Source: a virus. Taken from it: a stretch of 64,000 nt of DNA. Where the stretch lies: positions 1 to 64,000 of IMG/VR virus record IMGVR_UViG_3300046463_000520; one strand, given 5' to 3'. The notes under the pieces were generated by a model. It did not search any database. It had not been told where the DNA came from and saw nothing but the letters and a program-made list of their open reading frames with translations. Positions within the stretch are counted from its first letter, which is position 1, and each line of letters begins with the position of its first letter. A program made the translations under genes and the position numbers. Shown here piece after piece: positions 8,511-17,230 of this stretch.

Positions 8511-11500
8511 ATGACCATCGGCCTTCAAGAATTCCGGCGACTGACTGGCGACGAAAGCGCGCCGCCAAGCGTCAAGCTGCTCTCCGTCGAGAAGTGGGGC
8601 GCGAAAGCGACCGCCACGCCCGCCGCCAACACGACCGGCATTGCGAACGCTATCAAGTGGTTGCGCGGCGGCGACGACCGCGCGCTGCTGTTCCCCGATG
8701 CCCGCTACAAGCTCGCGGGCGGCATCGTCGTCGGCGAGACGGCGGCGGACGTCATCAGCGGCCTGCGCCTGTACGGACAGTCGCGCGGCGGCACGGTGTT
8801 CGAACAGACGACCGACGGCGCTCCGATCTGGCAACTGAACGGCGCAACGATTCATTCCTGCCTGTTCGAGCATTTCACCTTCACGTACACGAACATGCAG
8901 TCGGTCGCGGCGGCGTCTGTGTTCTCGCACGTCGGCAGCGCGGGCGCGGCGATGCACAACTGCACGTTCCGCGATATCGCGGCGAGCAACTTCTATCACT
9001 TCACCTACGCGCCGAACGCGGCGCTTTGGGGCAACGCCTTCGAAGACCTGTACTTGGGCGACTTCAAGGGCAGCGTGAATAAGATTTCGGGCGCGGCAGG
9101 CAAGCCGAACAACAAGCTCGACCGCATCTACATCAACGCGCCGTCGGCAACCCTGCCGGTATTCGACCATCAGGGCGTCACCGCGCAGTACGACAATATC
9201 GAAGTCGCCAACGCGAGCGCGGGCGCGACCATGCTCGCGGACGCGGGCGGCGGCTATCACGTCATCGGCCATTGGGCGCTCGACGCCGGTTACTACGCTG
9301 CCGATGCGACGCTGTTCGACGTCACGAACGGCACGCTGCTCGCTGATTTCATCTATACGGAACAACTGAAGGTCGCGAGCACGAAGACGCTCAAGCTGTA
9401 CGCCTGCGGCGGCGCGAACTCGTTCATCGACGTGCGCTATCACGCAATCAAGGCGCTCGACGCGGCCAACGCCGGGACGGTCATCGCCGTGGCGAACGCA
9501 GGCCCGCGCAAGGCGCGCTTTCGCGATATCAACCTGCCGTGGTCGGCGAGCGTGCTGCTTGCGGACGCGAGCACGACGGCGGCGGATTTCGTCACGGTCG
9601 ATGCGTGGAACGACGAAAGCAATGTCGCCTTCAATGGCGATGTTGCCGTGACGCTCTCGCACGACTCGCCGATGACGCAGGTCTTCAATACCGCGCTCAC
9701 GGCGGCGCGCGATTGCACGCTGCCCGATGGCCGCAACCTGAAGGGCACGCAGATTTTCAGCGGGCGGCGCTTCCGGGTCGTGCGCTCGAACGCTGGCGGC
9801 GCGTTTGCGCTCACGCTGAAGGACAAGCAAGGCGCGACCGTGGCGAGCATCCCGGCGAGCACGGCGGGGCAGATTGAAGCCGTATGGCAGCGCGGGACCG
9901 GCTGGATTGTCGCGCCTATCGCCGCTGACACGTCGGCACTCGCACCGAAGGACTCGCCGACCTTTACCGGCGATCCGAAGACGACGACCGCGCCCGCCGT
10001 CGGCGACAACGACACGAGCATTCCGAACACGTCTTGGGTTCAGAGCACGGTCAACGGCATCGCGCCGGACAAGTCGGTTGCGGGCACTGGCACGACCGCG
10101 CTCACGGCGGCGGAAGCGGGCTATGCGACCCTGAAGCTGACCGGCTTACTCACTGGCGCGAAGACGGTCACGGTCCCGGCCACGGCGGGCAAATGGGCGG
10201 TCTGGAACGCGACGACGGGCGCATTCGCGCTCACGCTCAAAACGCCGTCCGGTACGGGCGTGACCATCACGCAGGGCAAGACGCGCGACGTTATCTGTGA
10301 CGGCACGAATATCCTCGCGGCGGATTCGGACGTCGTGGATATCGCGGCAACCGCGACCCCGCTCGCGAACGGCACGGCGGCGGTCGGCACGTCTTCGAAG
10401 TTCGCCCGCGAAGACCACGTTCATCCGGGTAGTGGCGGCGGCGCGGCGGCGACGGTCAAGGGCGCGGCGCTGAACAACTTCAAGAAGTCGAACACGACGA
10501 CCCTGCAAGCGATCCTCGCGCGCGGCGCGGCGTCGCTTCAACGGGGCGCGCGTAGCCGTATCGTGGTCATTGGCGATTCGTACCTCGCCGGTAACTGCGC
10601 GGGCAATACGTCCGACATGACCAACGGACGCGCGAACGGCATCGCTGCGGTGCTAGGCAACATGCTCACCGCGCGCGGCATCAAGGCGGCGGCGAACTGG
10701 ACGGTGGGCGACGCGTATGTAGCGGGCGGCTCCGGGTCCACTGCCGCGCAGATTAACGCCTACGACCCGCGCGTGACGTACAGCGCGGGCGTGACGTCGC
10801 TTGGCGGCGATTCGTTCCACTCCCTTGGCGGCGGCATGATCCAGTTGAACGTCGGCAATACGATGACGTTCATTCCGGGTAAGGACGCATCGGGCGCGGA
10901 CATTAAGTTCGATACCGTCGAAATGATCGTCGCGGCGAGCACGGCCAACGGCGGCACCTTCAGCGTCGCGACTTATGCTGTGGCGTCAGGCGGAACTGCG
11001 CTCACCCCTGCGGCGGCGAACCAGAACAACAACAACGTCAACAACTCGAAGAAAATCACGCTGACCGGGCTGAATGCCACGTCCATTCGGGTCGTGATTA
11101 CCTGCCTGACGGGTTCGATCTTCGTGCAGGGCCTTGGCGTTCGCCTGTCAACCGCCGCGCAGAACATCGAAATCATCAACTGCTCCGCATCGGGTCAACA
11201 GTTGAAGGTGCTCGCGGCAGCGAAGGGCGTCGCGGGCGCAAACGGCGACATGGATACGTGGAACAACTTCGTCGCGTCCGACATTCTCATGGACGCGAGT
11301 GCGCTGAACTGCACGATCATCGACGGCTGGTTCAACGATAACGGCGTGTCCACGCTCGCGCAGACGCAAGGCTATCTCGACACGATGATTAAGCATTACA
11401 AGGCTTTGGGCGACGTCATCTTTTTGGGATACGGCAACCTTATGCCTGCGGCGATGGACCCGACGACGTTCGCGACGTGGCAGAGCGCGATGTACGCGAC

Positions 11501-11666
11501 CTGTCTCGCGAACGACATTCCCTACGTCGATCCGCCTGCGGCTATGCCTGCTGCCGCGACGCTGAATTCGTGGGGTATGTACGGCGATGGCGGCTGGCAC
11601 TTCACGGCGGACGGGCAGGCGCTTATCGCGCGCATGATGCTCGAAGGCTTCGAGTCGGTCATGTAA
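8511..11666 (+). CDS. Tailspike/fibre: beta-helix (pectin-lyase-like) + fibre segment + C-terminal SGNH hydrolase
   Basis: N-terminal VEKWGA...NTTGIANAI...LLFPDARY; AREDHVHP fibre motif; SGNH blocks IGDSY, NCSASG, WFND, DGGWH. Confidence 0.75.
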   Translation: MTIGLQEFRRLTGDESAPPSVKLLSVEKWGAKATATPAANTTGIANAIKWLRGGDDRALLFPDARYKLAGGIVVGETAADVISGLRLYGQSRGGTVFEQTTDGAPIWQLNGATIHSCLFEHFTFTYTNMQSVAAASVFSHVGSAGAAMHNCTFRDIAASNFYHFTYAPNAALWGNAFEDLYLGDFKGSVNKISGAAGKPNNKLDRIYINAPSATLPVFDHQGVTAQYDNIEVANASAGATMLADAGGGYHVIGHWALDAGYYAADATLFDVTNGTLLADFIYTEQLKVASTKTLKLYACGGANSFIDVRYHAIKALDAANAGTVIAVANAGPRKARFRDINLPWSASVLLADASTTAADFVTVDAWNDESNVAFNGDVAVTLSHDSPMTQVFNTALTAARDCTLPDGRNLKGTQIFSGRRFRVVRSNAGGAFALTLKDKQGATVASIPASTAGQIEAVWQRGTGWIVAPIAADTSALAPKDSPTFTGDPKTTTAPAVGDNDTSIPNTSWVQSTVNGIAPDKSVAGTGTTALTAAEAGYATLKLTGLLTGAKTVTVPATAGKWAVWNATTGAFALTLKTPSGTGVTITQGKTRDVICDGTNILAADSDVVDIAATATPLANGTAAVGTSSKFAREDHVHPGSGGGAAATVKGAALNNFKKSNTTTLQAILARGAASLQRGARSRIVVIGDSYLAGNCAGNTSDMTNGRANGIAAVLGNMLTARGIKAAANWTVGDAYVAGGSGSTAAQINAYDPRVTYSAGVTSLGGDSFHSLGGGMIQLNVGNTMTFIPGKDASGADIKFDTVEMIVAASTANGGTFSVATYAVASGGTALTPAAANQNNNNVNNSKKITLTGLNATSIRVVITCLTGSIFVQGLGVRLSTAAQNIEIINCSASGQQLKVLAAAKGVAGANGDMDTWNNFVASDILMDASALNCTIIDGWFNDNGVSTLAQTQGYLDTMIKHYKALGDVIFLGYGNLMPAAMDPTTFATWQSAMYATCLANDIPYVDPPAAMPAAATLNSWGMYGDGGWHFTADGQALIARMMLEGFESVM

Positions 11667-11732
11667 GGGAAGGGCGGCGCGGCCCTGTTCGCGCTGTCCG
11701 TGTCACGGATAGCGGGCCGCGCCGGTTGCTGC

Positions 11733-12152
11733 TCAGTAGGCGGCGCTGTAGGCGCGCGGCCCGTTCAGTTCAGGGTCGTAGTCGGTCGGTTCGTCGTCCG
11801 TGTCCAACTGCGGGTCTTTGCCGAAGTGCGAATGCACGACCGCGCGGCATACGGCAATCGCCGCCGTCTCGCCTACGCCCGTCATCGCAATGCCGTCGAT
11901 GCGGCAATCCGACTCCCATAGCTGCGCCTTGCGGTCGAATTGCAGGGACGTCTTGAACCGGGTAATGACGTTCATCGTGTCGCGCGGCGAGAACGTGAAG
12001 CGCGGGCAGGCGAACACGCTCGCGCCGATTCCCATGCGCAACCAGTAGTGGTCGAGCGGGTCCGGCTCCGGGCTTGTGTGCGAGCGGCGCAGGCCCATTG
12101 CGAGCGCGACCCATAGGTCGAGCAAACCGCCTTCCATGCGCTCGACTCTCAT
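11733..12152 (-). CDS. NinX/DUF2591-like phage protein
   Basis: EGGLLDLWVALAMG...GETAAIAVCRAVV pattern. Confidence 0.6.
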   Translation of the reverse strand: MRVERMEGGLLDLWVALAMGLRRSHTSPEPDPLDHYWLRMGIGASVFACPRFTFSPRDTMNVITRFKTSLQFDRKAQLWESDCRIDGIAMTGVGETAAIAVCRAVVHSHFGKDPQLDTDDEPTDYDPELNGPRAYSAAY

Positions 12153-12376
12153 GCTGGCACCGGCTTGCAATGGTCGATGGCGACGCATCCGCTTTTGCCT
12201 TCGAGCCATACGACCGCCGTGTGACCGCTCAGAATGGACGCTTCCGTGCGCGTCGTGTAGCGCGCCGCGCCCGTCACGCCGATGACGGACTCATAGAGCA
12301 CTTCGCTGCCGACCGGGAACGCCCGGTTGAATATGGCGCAATCGCGCTGCAACTGCTCTAGGGTCTTCTTCTTCAT
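12149..12376 (-). CDS. Hypothetical phage protein
   Basis: FNRAFPVGSEV...TRTEA...SGHTAVVWLEGKSGCVA; coupled to the next gene. Confidence 0.65.
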   Translation of the reverse strand: MKKKTLEQLQRDCAIFNRAFPVGSEVLYESVIGVTGAARYTTRTEASILSGHTAVVWLEGKSGCVAIDHCKPVPA

Positions 12377-12539
12377 TCGATCAGGCTCCGTTGTCGCGCC
12401 GCTGGCTCGAAGACGGTCGTCGGCCAGTGCAGCAAGTGGATGGACTCATACCCGCGCATGTCGCGCGAGCGAGTATAGACGGGCGGCGTGGTCACGTTAT
12501 GGCCGATGACCTTGCCGTTCTCGATGACAGGCTCGCGGG

Positions 12540-12986
12540 TCAAGCGTGCTCCTTCGCGTGCTCGTGAGCGGCTTCAATCGCATTGCGGATGCGCTGCGTC
12601 ATGCTGCCGTCCGTGTCTTCGTTGAACTCGATTTTCTCGCCGGTTTCGTCGGTCAGGTCAACCCAACCCGCGCCGCGCTCGATGCCGACTTCCAGTAAAT
12701 AGCCTTCCGGCAGGTCGCGCGCGACCGCCTGCATTGCCGCTTCGCCCGCATTGCTGCGCGCGATCAACTCGCGCGCCGCCGCATAAACGTAGTCTTTCAG
12801 GTCCGTCTCGCCGGGCTTGATGGTGAATCCGTGGCGCATGAAAATCGCGCGGATATTCCACTTCTCGACGGCTTCCGGCGTCGTGGCGGCGCGCACTTCG
12901 TCTTTGCAACGGTAGCAATGCACGATGCCGCTCGCGCCGCCGACGTCGCCCGACCCGCACGACGGACACATTTCCAATTCACGCAT
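12540..12986 (-). CDS. Lar-like (restriction alleviation) Zn-ribbon protein with C-terminal extension
   Basis: CPSCGS...CYRC...EAVEKWNIRA. Confidence 0.6.
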   Translation of the reverse strand: MRELEMCPSCGSGDVGGASGIVHCYRCKDEVRAATTPEAVEKWNIRAIFMRHGFTIKPGETDLKDYVYAAARELIARSNAGEAAMQAVARDLPEGYLLEVGIERGAGWVDLTDETGEKIEFNEDTDGSMTQRIRNAIEAAHEHAKEHA

Positions 12987-13230
12987 TCTTTTTCTCCGGG
13001 GTGGTAATGCCGAAATCGCGAAGCAAATCCGCAAACTGCTCGGACGGACCAAGGTCGCGCAGGCGTTCAAGCTCGCGCTCAGTGTCGGCGGGCTGCATTA
13101 CTTGCAGCGCGCGCAACTGGACATGCGGGTTATGCACTTGATTTCGCGCGAAGTCTTCGTCGCAGTTTATCCATCGCTCGTCTAGCCGAAGGTCTTGTCT
13201 TTGCCACTGCACAACTGGCGTCTTGCTCAT
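12979..13230 (-). CDS. Hypothetical protein
   Basis: RBS GAAGGAGA before ATG. Confidence 0.55.
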   Translation of the reverse strand: MSKTPVVQWQRQDLRLDERWINCDEDFARNQVHNPHVQLRALQVMQPADTERELERLRDLGPSEQFADLLRDFGITTPEKKNA

Positions 13231-13718
13231 GCTTTCTCCTTCAATGCTCGAATGCGCGCCGCCGACTCGCGCGTCAGATTGCCCCATAGACTGTCTGCGA
13301 CCCATTCGCGTCCGGCGCGGTTGTGCTGCGCGACGGCTTTCGCGGCGTCTTCCAATGCGGCGGCGCGCGCCGTCTCGACAAGGGCGCTCAGGCGTTCGTT
13401 TTCCGCCGTCAGGATGGCATTCGCCGCACGCTCGGATGCGAGCGCTTCAGGACTCGATTCAGCGCGCAGGCGGGCCGCTTCTTCGAGTCGGACGCTGCTC
13501 GCGCTCGTCGCGGCATCCATGCCCGCGAGCGCGGCGCGCTTCGTCGCTTCGAGAGTCGCTTCAAGCGTGCGAATCTGCGCCTGCAAGACGGCTTCCCGGT
13601 CGATGGCGTCTTGTGCCTTTACCCAATATCCATCGCTGCACGGCCATCGCTCTATGTCTTCGTCGTCCAAGCGGTTCGAGCCGACGTCGAAGCGGTCGAA
13701 TACGTGTGTCTTGCTCAT
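13227..13718 (-). CDS. Coiled-coil phage protein
   Basis: RBS TAAGGA; AALEDAAK...AARIRALK ending typical of phage early proteins. Confidence 0.65.
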   Translation of the reverse strand: MSKTHVFDRFDVGSNRLDDEDIERWPCSDGYWVKAQDAIDREAVLQAQIRTLEATLEATKRAALAGMDAATSASSVRLEEAARLRAESSPEALASERAANAILTAENERLSALVETARAAALEDAAKAVAQHNRAGREWVADSLWGNLTRESAARIRALKEKA

Positions 13719-14488
13719 GCTTTCCTTACTCCGTCGTCTATGTCGCAAGAGTCTGCCGGGCACACGACGCCATCGCGCTGCCCGGCGAGACACGCTTCGT
13801 TGCCGTTCTGACAATTCCGCTGCTCGATAGGGATGGCGCGCGGTCCTGCGGTCGGATGATGGCAAGCGCCTTCTTCGCGGCACTGTCCGGGCAAGTCGCA
13901 CTCGCGGAACTGGCAATTCTCGAACGGTCTGACGTGCTCCCATGACGAGCCTTTCTGTCCGACTTCGTTCGAGCCGGTACAGGCGTTCTCGTGCGACGTC
14001 GCGCGCGGGCAGCGCTTATTCCCGCAATCCGGGCACAGAACCATCCGCATGTCCGTAAGCGTGATAGGGCGGCACGTCTCGCACCAACACGCCTTGCGGC
14101 GCGCGGCGGCGGCGCGCATGACCTGCCAAGCGTCGTCGCATCCGTCATCGGCGTATTCGGCGGCGCGTTCCGCCGACAGCGGCCACGTCGAGCCGTTCGG
14201 CAGGATCACGTCATAGCGTTCGACGCCCGGAACCGGCGCGGGCACGATAGCCGGACGATGGTATTTCCCGCCCGGCTCGAACGGATTCGGGCCGATAGGC
14301 GGCTTCCATAGGTCGCCGCCGTGATACGTGTATCCCAAGTGTTCGAGTGTGCTGAAGGCGGCTGTAATTTTCGCGCTCAGGCTCATGACGAAGTGTTCGA
14401 GCGGCTTGAGTTCCATCATGGATTCGTCAAACGCTTCGCACTCGCGCGAATGGCCTAAGCCTTTCCCGTTACAGGTGCATTCGCTCAC
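13715..14488 (-). CDS. Cys-rich mosaic phage protein
   Basis: GTGA coupling; several Cys clusters (CWCETC, CPDCGNKRCP, CQFREC). Confidence 0.6.
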   Translation of the reverse strand: MSECTCNGKGLGHSRECEAFDESMMELKPLEHFVMSLSAKITAAFSTLEHLGYTYHGGDLWKPPIGPNPFEPGGKYHRPAIVPAPVPGVERYDVILPNGSTWPLSAERAAEYADDGCDDAWQVMRAAAARRKACWCETCRPITLTDMRMVLCPDCGNKRCPRATSHENACTGSNEVGQKGSSWEHVRPFENCQFRECDLPGQCREEGACHHPTAGPRAIPIEQRNCQNGNEACLAGQRDGVVCPADSCDIDDGVRKA

Positions 14489-15153
14489 TTCGAGACTCCC
14501 GGCATCGGCATCCAGTGCGACGGTCCGCCAAGCGCATCGACGGCACGATTGATAATCCAGCGGTCTTCGCCTTGCGAGTCGATGAATACCCACGGATATC
14601 CCGGATTCGTCGGGACGTGCGAATAGCGGCCCTGCGAAACACCGTCTTCGCCGAAGCGCAGCATGATGGTCGAGCCGTCGCGCGGCGCGCTCGCAATCGG
14701 TTGCCATGCGTCTGTCGCGGGCACGATCTGCGATTCATGGCTCCACAGCATCATCGCCACAATCGCGACGTCGCGCGGGTCGCCCTTCGCGACGCAGCGG
14801 TGCAACAGGTTCGACAACACCTGATAGCCGCAACCGGTCCAGCCGTCGTATCCCTTCGCGCGCTGTTCGGCCATCTTGGTTTTCATCACGCGGGCGAACA
14901 CGTCGATAGCGATATCGTCGGCGTGGTCCGGTGCATCGCCTTCGGCAACCGGTGCGGCAAGGTGCGGCAGGATGATGCGCTCAATCAGGTCGTCAATGTT
15001 GCGCGAGTCGCAGTAGTCGAAAATCGACAGAAGGCCGCGCGTGCGGTTCATCAACTGTCCTTCCTCGTTCTCGTCTTCCGCGAAGTCGATATCGCCGAAC
15101 CACTTCGACAGGGCTTCCCCAAGGGGCTGTTTCTGTTCTTCGGTCAAGGTCAT
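14485..15153 (-). CDS. Phage protein with helical KGDPxDVA domain and DUF551-like C-terminus
   Basis: KGDPRDVAIVAMMLW; WQPIASAPRDG...PSHWMPMP. Confidence 0.7.
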   Translation of the reverse strand: MTLTEEQKQPLGEALSKWFGDIDFAEDENEEGQLMNRTRGLLSIFDYCDSRNIDDLIERIILPHLAAPVAEGDAPDHADDIAIDVFARVMKTKMAEQRAKGYDGWTGCGYQVLSNLLHRCVAKGDPRDVAIVAMMLWSHESQIVPATDAWQPIASAPRDGSTIMLRFGEDGVSQGRYSHVPTNPGYPWVFIDSQGEDRWIINRAVDALGGPSHWMPMPGVSK

Positions 15154-15407
15154 TCATCCTCCCAAGTGTTACCGCAGACGGCGCACACGAGCCAACCGTC
15201 ATAGGTGAAGTAGATAAGGCTCCCGCACCGCGCGCACATCAGGCGGCGCGCGTGGCGCGGTCGTATTCGCCGTTCGAGCGGGCAAAACCACGCAGGCAAG
15301 CCGCGATGACGCAACCGAACGAAGCGCCTGCGGTAAAAATAGCCAACCCGATAATGATGGTCATTTAATATTCTCCTAACGATATTGGATATTACTTTAC
15401 CTATCAC
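15150..15407 (-). CDS. Hypothetical Zn-ribbon protein
   Basis: CARCG...CAVCG; AT-richer codons. Confidence 0.5.
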   Translation of the reverse strand: MIGKVISNIVRRILNDHHYRVGYFYRRRFVRLRHRGLPAWFCPLERRIRPRHARRLMCARCGSLIYFTYDGWLVCAVCGNTWEDE

Positions 15408-15705
15408 CGCTTGTGGTGGTGGAAATGCCGAAATGCGCCATCGCTTCGGCGGTCGTCAGGCGGTTTTTCAGGCGATACGTGACGAAGCGAATCCGGGCTT
15501 CCTCGGCTTCGTGCGCGGCGACGTCGGGCAGGGCGAGAAGGGCGGCGATTTCGCGCTCGATTTCGGCGATGCGCGTCTCGCGCTGCGCAATCCCGGCGTG
15601 GTCGTCCGGGTCGCTTTCTGCCGACGCGATGAACCATTCAAGGTCGCAACCGGCGTTAAACAGGGCGTCGCGCAGGACGATAAGGCGCTTGATGTTTTCG
15701 GTCAT
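15397..15705 (-). CDS. Hypothetical protein
   Basis: ORF in the early operon. Confidence 0.6.
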   Translation of the reverse strand: MTENIKRLIVLRDALFNAGCDLEWFIASAESDPDDHAGIAQRETRIAEIEREIAALLALPDVAAHEAEEARIRFVTYRLKNRLTTAEAMAHFGISTTTSGDR

Positions 15706-15716
15706 GGTCGTGTCTC

Positions 15717-15938
15717 TCAGAAAGGGCTGTAGCGCGCGACCGTCAACACTTCGCGGGCCATGTCTTGCGCGGCTTTGAACTGCTCGCCTTCTTGCGAAAG
15801 GATCAGCATTAAGATGCGCGACTCGATGTATTCATTGCGCTGCGCATCAGAAAGACGGTTCCAACCGTTACCGTAGTCCGCTTTCGCGTCTTTCTTGATC
15901 TGCGCAAAACGTTCTTGCGCCCACGTCAACTTAGCCAT
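15717..15938 (-). CDS. Hypothetical protein
   Basis: RBS TAAGGA before ATG at 15938. Confidence 0.6.
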   Translation of the reverse strand: MAKLTWAQERFAQIKKDAKADYGNGWNRLSDAQRNEYIESRILMLILSQEGEQFKAAQDMAREVLTVARYSPF

Positions 15939-15948
15939 TTTTCTTTCC

Positions 15949-16419
15949 TTACCAACGGTATCCAGCGGCTTCGAAGAACGCGCGCACGTCGGCGTCTTCC
16001 TGAAAGTGCGTCGTCCAGCAAAGCGAGCCGAATGCGATTTCGGCCTTCTCGTCGGCGCAGTGCGGGTCATTGACGGCATCGGCGCGGCCTTGCTCAACGA
16101 GCGTATCGGCGGCATTACATTCGGCATCCATCGTCGCGTAGAACGCCTTGCTGCTCGTGCCAAGGGCTTCGGCCTTCGCGACGAGCGCGGCCCACTTCAC
16201 CGACGGCTTGTTGCGTCCCGCGAGCGTCGCATCCACGCACATGCGAATCACATTGGCGCGCGAACCGCGCTTCTCGACGTCACCAATGCAGACCGACCAA
16301 AGGCGCGTGTTCGACACGCTGTACAGGCGGAACGAGCCGACGTCGAACGCCGCCGAATTGCCCGTCGTTACATCGACGTTGTGTTCTGCGGCGAGTGCAA
16401 GGGCTTGGGTGACGTTCAT
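15949..16419 (-). CDS. Hypothetical early protein (first gene after the early promoter)
   Basis: RBS GGAG; directly downstream of the 16459-16487 promoter. Confidence 0.7.
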   Translation of the reverse strand: MNVTQALALAAEHNVDVTTGNSAAFDVGSFRLYSVSNTRLWSVCIGDVEKRGSRANVIRMCVDATLAGRNKPSVKWAALVAKAEALGTSSKAFYATMDAECNAADTLVEQGRADAVNDPHCADEKAEIAFGSLCWTTHFQEDADVRAFFEAAGYRW

Positions 16420-16458
16420 GGTCGGCTCCGGTTCGTGTTGTTCTGCTACTGAGCCTCA

Positions 16459-16487
16459 ATAGTATGCGCTCACGAATGGGAGCGCAA
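16459..16487 (-). promoter_or_regulatory. Conserved early sigma70 promoter/operator
   Basis: TTGCGC-tcccattcgtgagcgca-TACTAT (17-nt spacer). Confidence 0.8.
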
Positions 16488-16509
16488 TAGGTTTCCTGAT
16501 ATTTCCATG

Positions 16510-16552
16510 TAGGAAAACGCACACAAGCCGCGCGCGATTCGGCCCTGACAAT
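16510..16552 (+). promoter_or_regulatory. Late-promoter motif copy
   Basis: TAGGAAAACGC; GACAAT at 16547-16552. Confidence 0.75.
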
Positions 16553-16559
16553 CGAATCA

Positions 16560-16789
16560 TCGACATGGATGGATACCGCAGCGCGAAGTCGTGGCGCAGG
16601 CTTTTTACCCGCGTGCCTGTGTGCCGAATGGCTTTACCGCGATAGGTGGCCCGCTTTGGAAACGGGCCGCGCCGGGAGTGCTCCCCGGTCGGATTCGCGC
16701 GCCCTACCCGGTTTTTTCAAACGGTTGATAACTCGAATTATGTTAAGTCCGTTAGGAGAACTAACGGAAAACGGAACCGCGCCGCCCCT
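16560..16789 (+). ncRNA. Candidate structured leader or ncRNA
   Basis: Multi-branch fold; the overlapping 74-aa ORF has atypical codons. Confidence 0.35.
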
Positions 16790-17230
16790 ATGAGTGCTGA
16801 AAACCAGACCCCGATTTTCGACCTGAATCTGACGCAGGGCTTGCCGCGCGATTTCGTCGTGAGCGATTGGAAGAACTCGCGCGGCGGGTACGTCGATCTG
16901 ACCGACTACACCGCGCACCTGACCATGCGCACGACCGCAGGCGAAACCACGGCGCTTCTGCTCGACATGAAAGGGCCGGACGGCGCGACCGATTACGCGG
17001 GCATTCAGGTGTACCCGCGTCAAATCCTCGTCCATTTCACCGCCGATCAAACCGAAGCCATGCAACCGCTGCCGGGCGTGCGCCCTGTGCGCGGCTCCCC
17101 TGCTTCGGCTCCGATCTACAAGGCGGGCGTCTATGAACTGCGCGTCATGTCGCCCGCGCCCGCGAAGGTTCCCTACGCCGTCATCCGTGGCGACGTCTAT
17201 ATCACCCTTGGAGTAGTTGACGATGAGTGA
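16790..17230 (+). CDS. Putative fibre anchor/adaptor (beta-sandwich) protein
   Basis: LTQG...[13 protein letters not shown]...YELRV...VIRGDV pattern typical of small virion adaptors preceding fibres. Confidence 0.6.
   Translation: MSAENQTPIFDLNLTQGLPRDFVVSDWKNSRGGYVDLTDYTAHLTMRTTAGETTALLLDMKGPDGATDYAGIQVYPRQILVHFTADQTEAMQPLPGVRPVRGSPASAPIYKAGVYELRVMSPAPAKVPYAVIRGDVYITLGVVDDE

Noticed and set aside
16569-16793. 74-aa ORF after the late promoter
   Set aside because: Atypical codons, no recognisable motif, and it overlaps strong RNA structure; treated as probably non-coding
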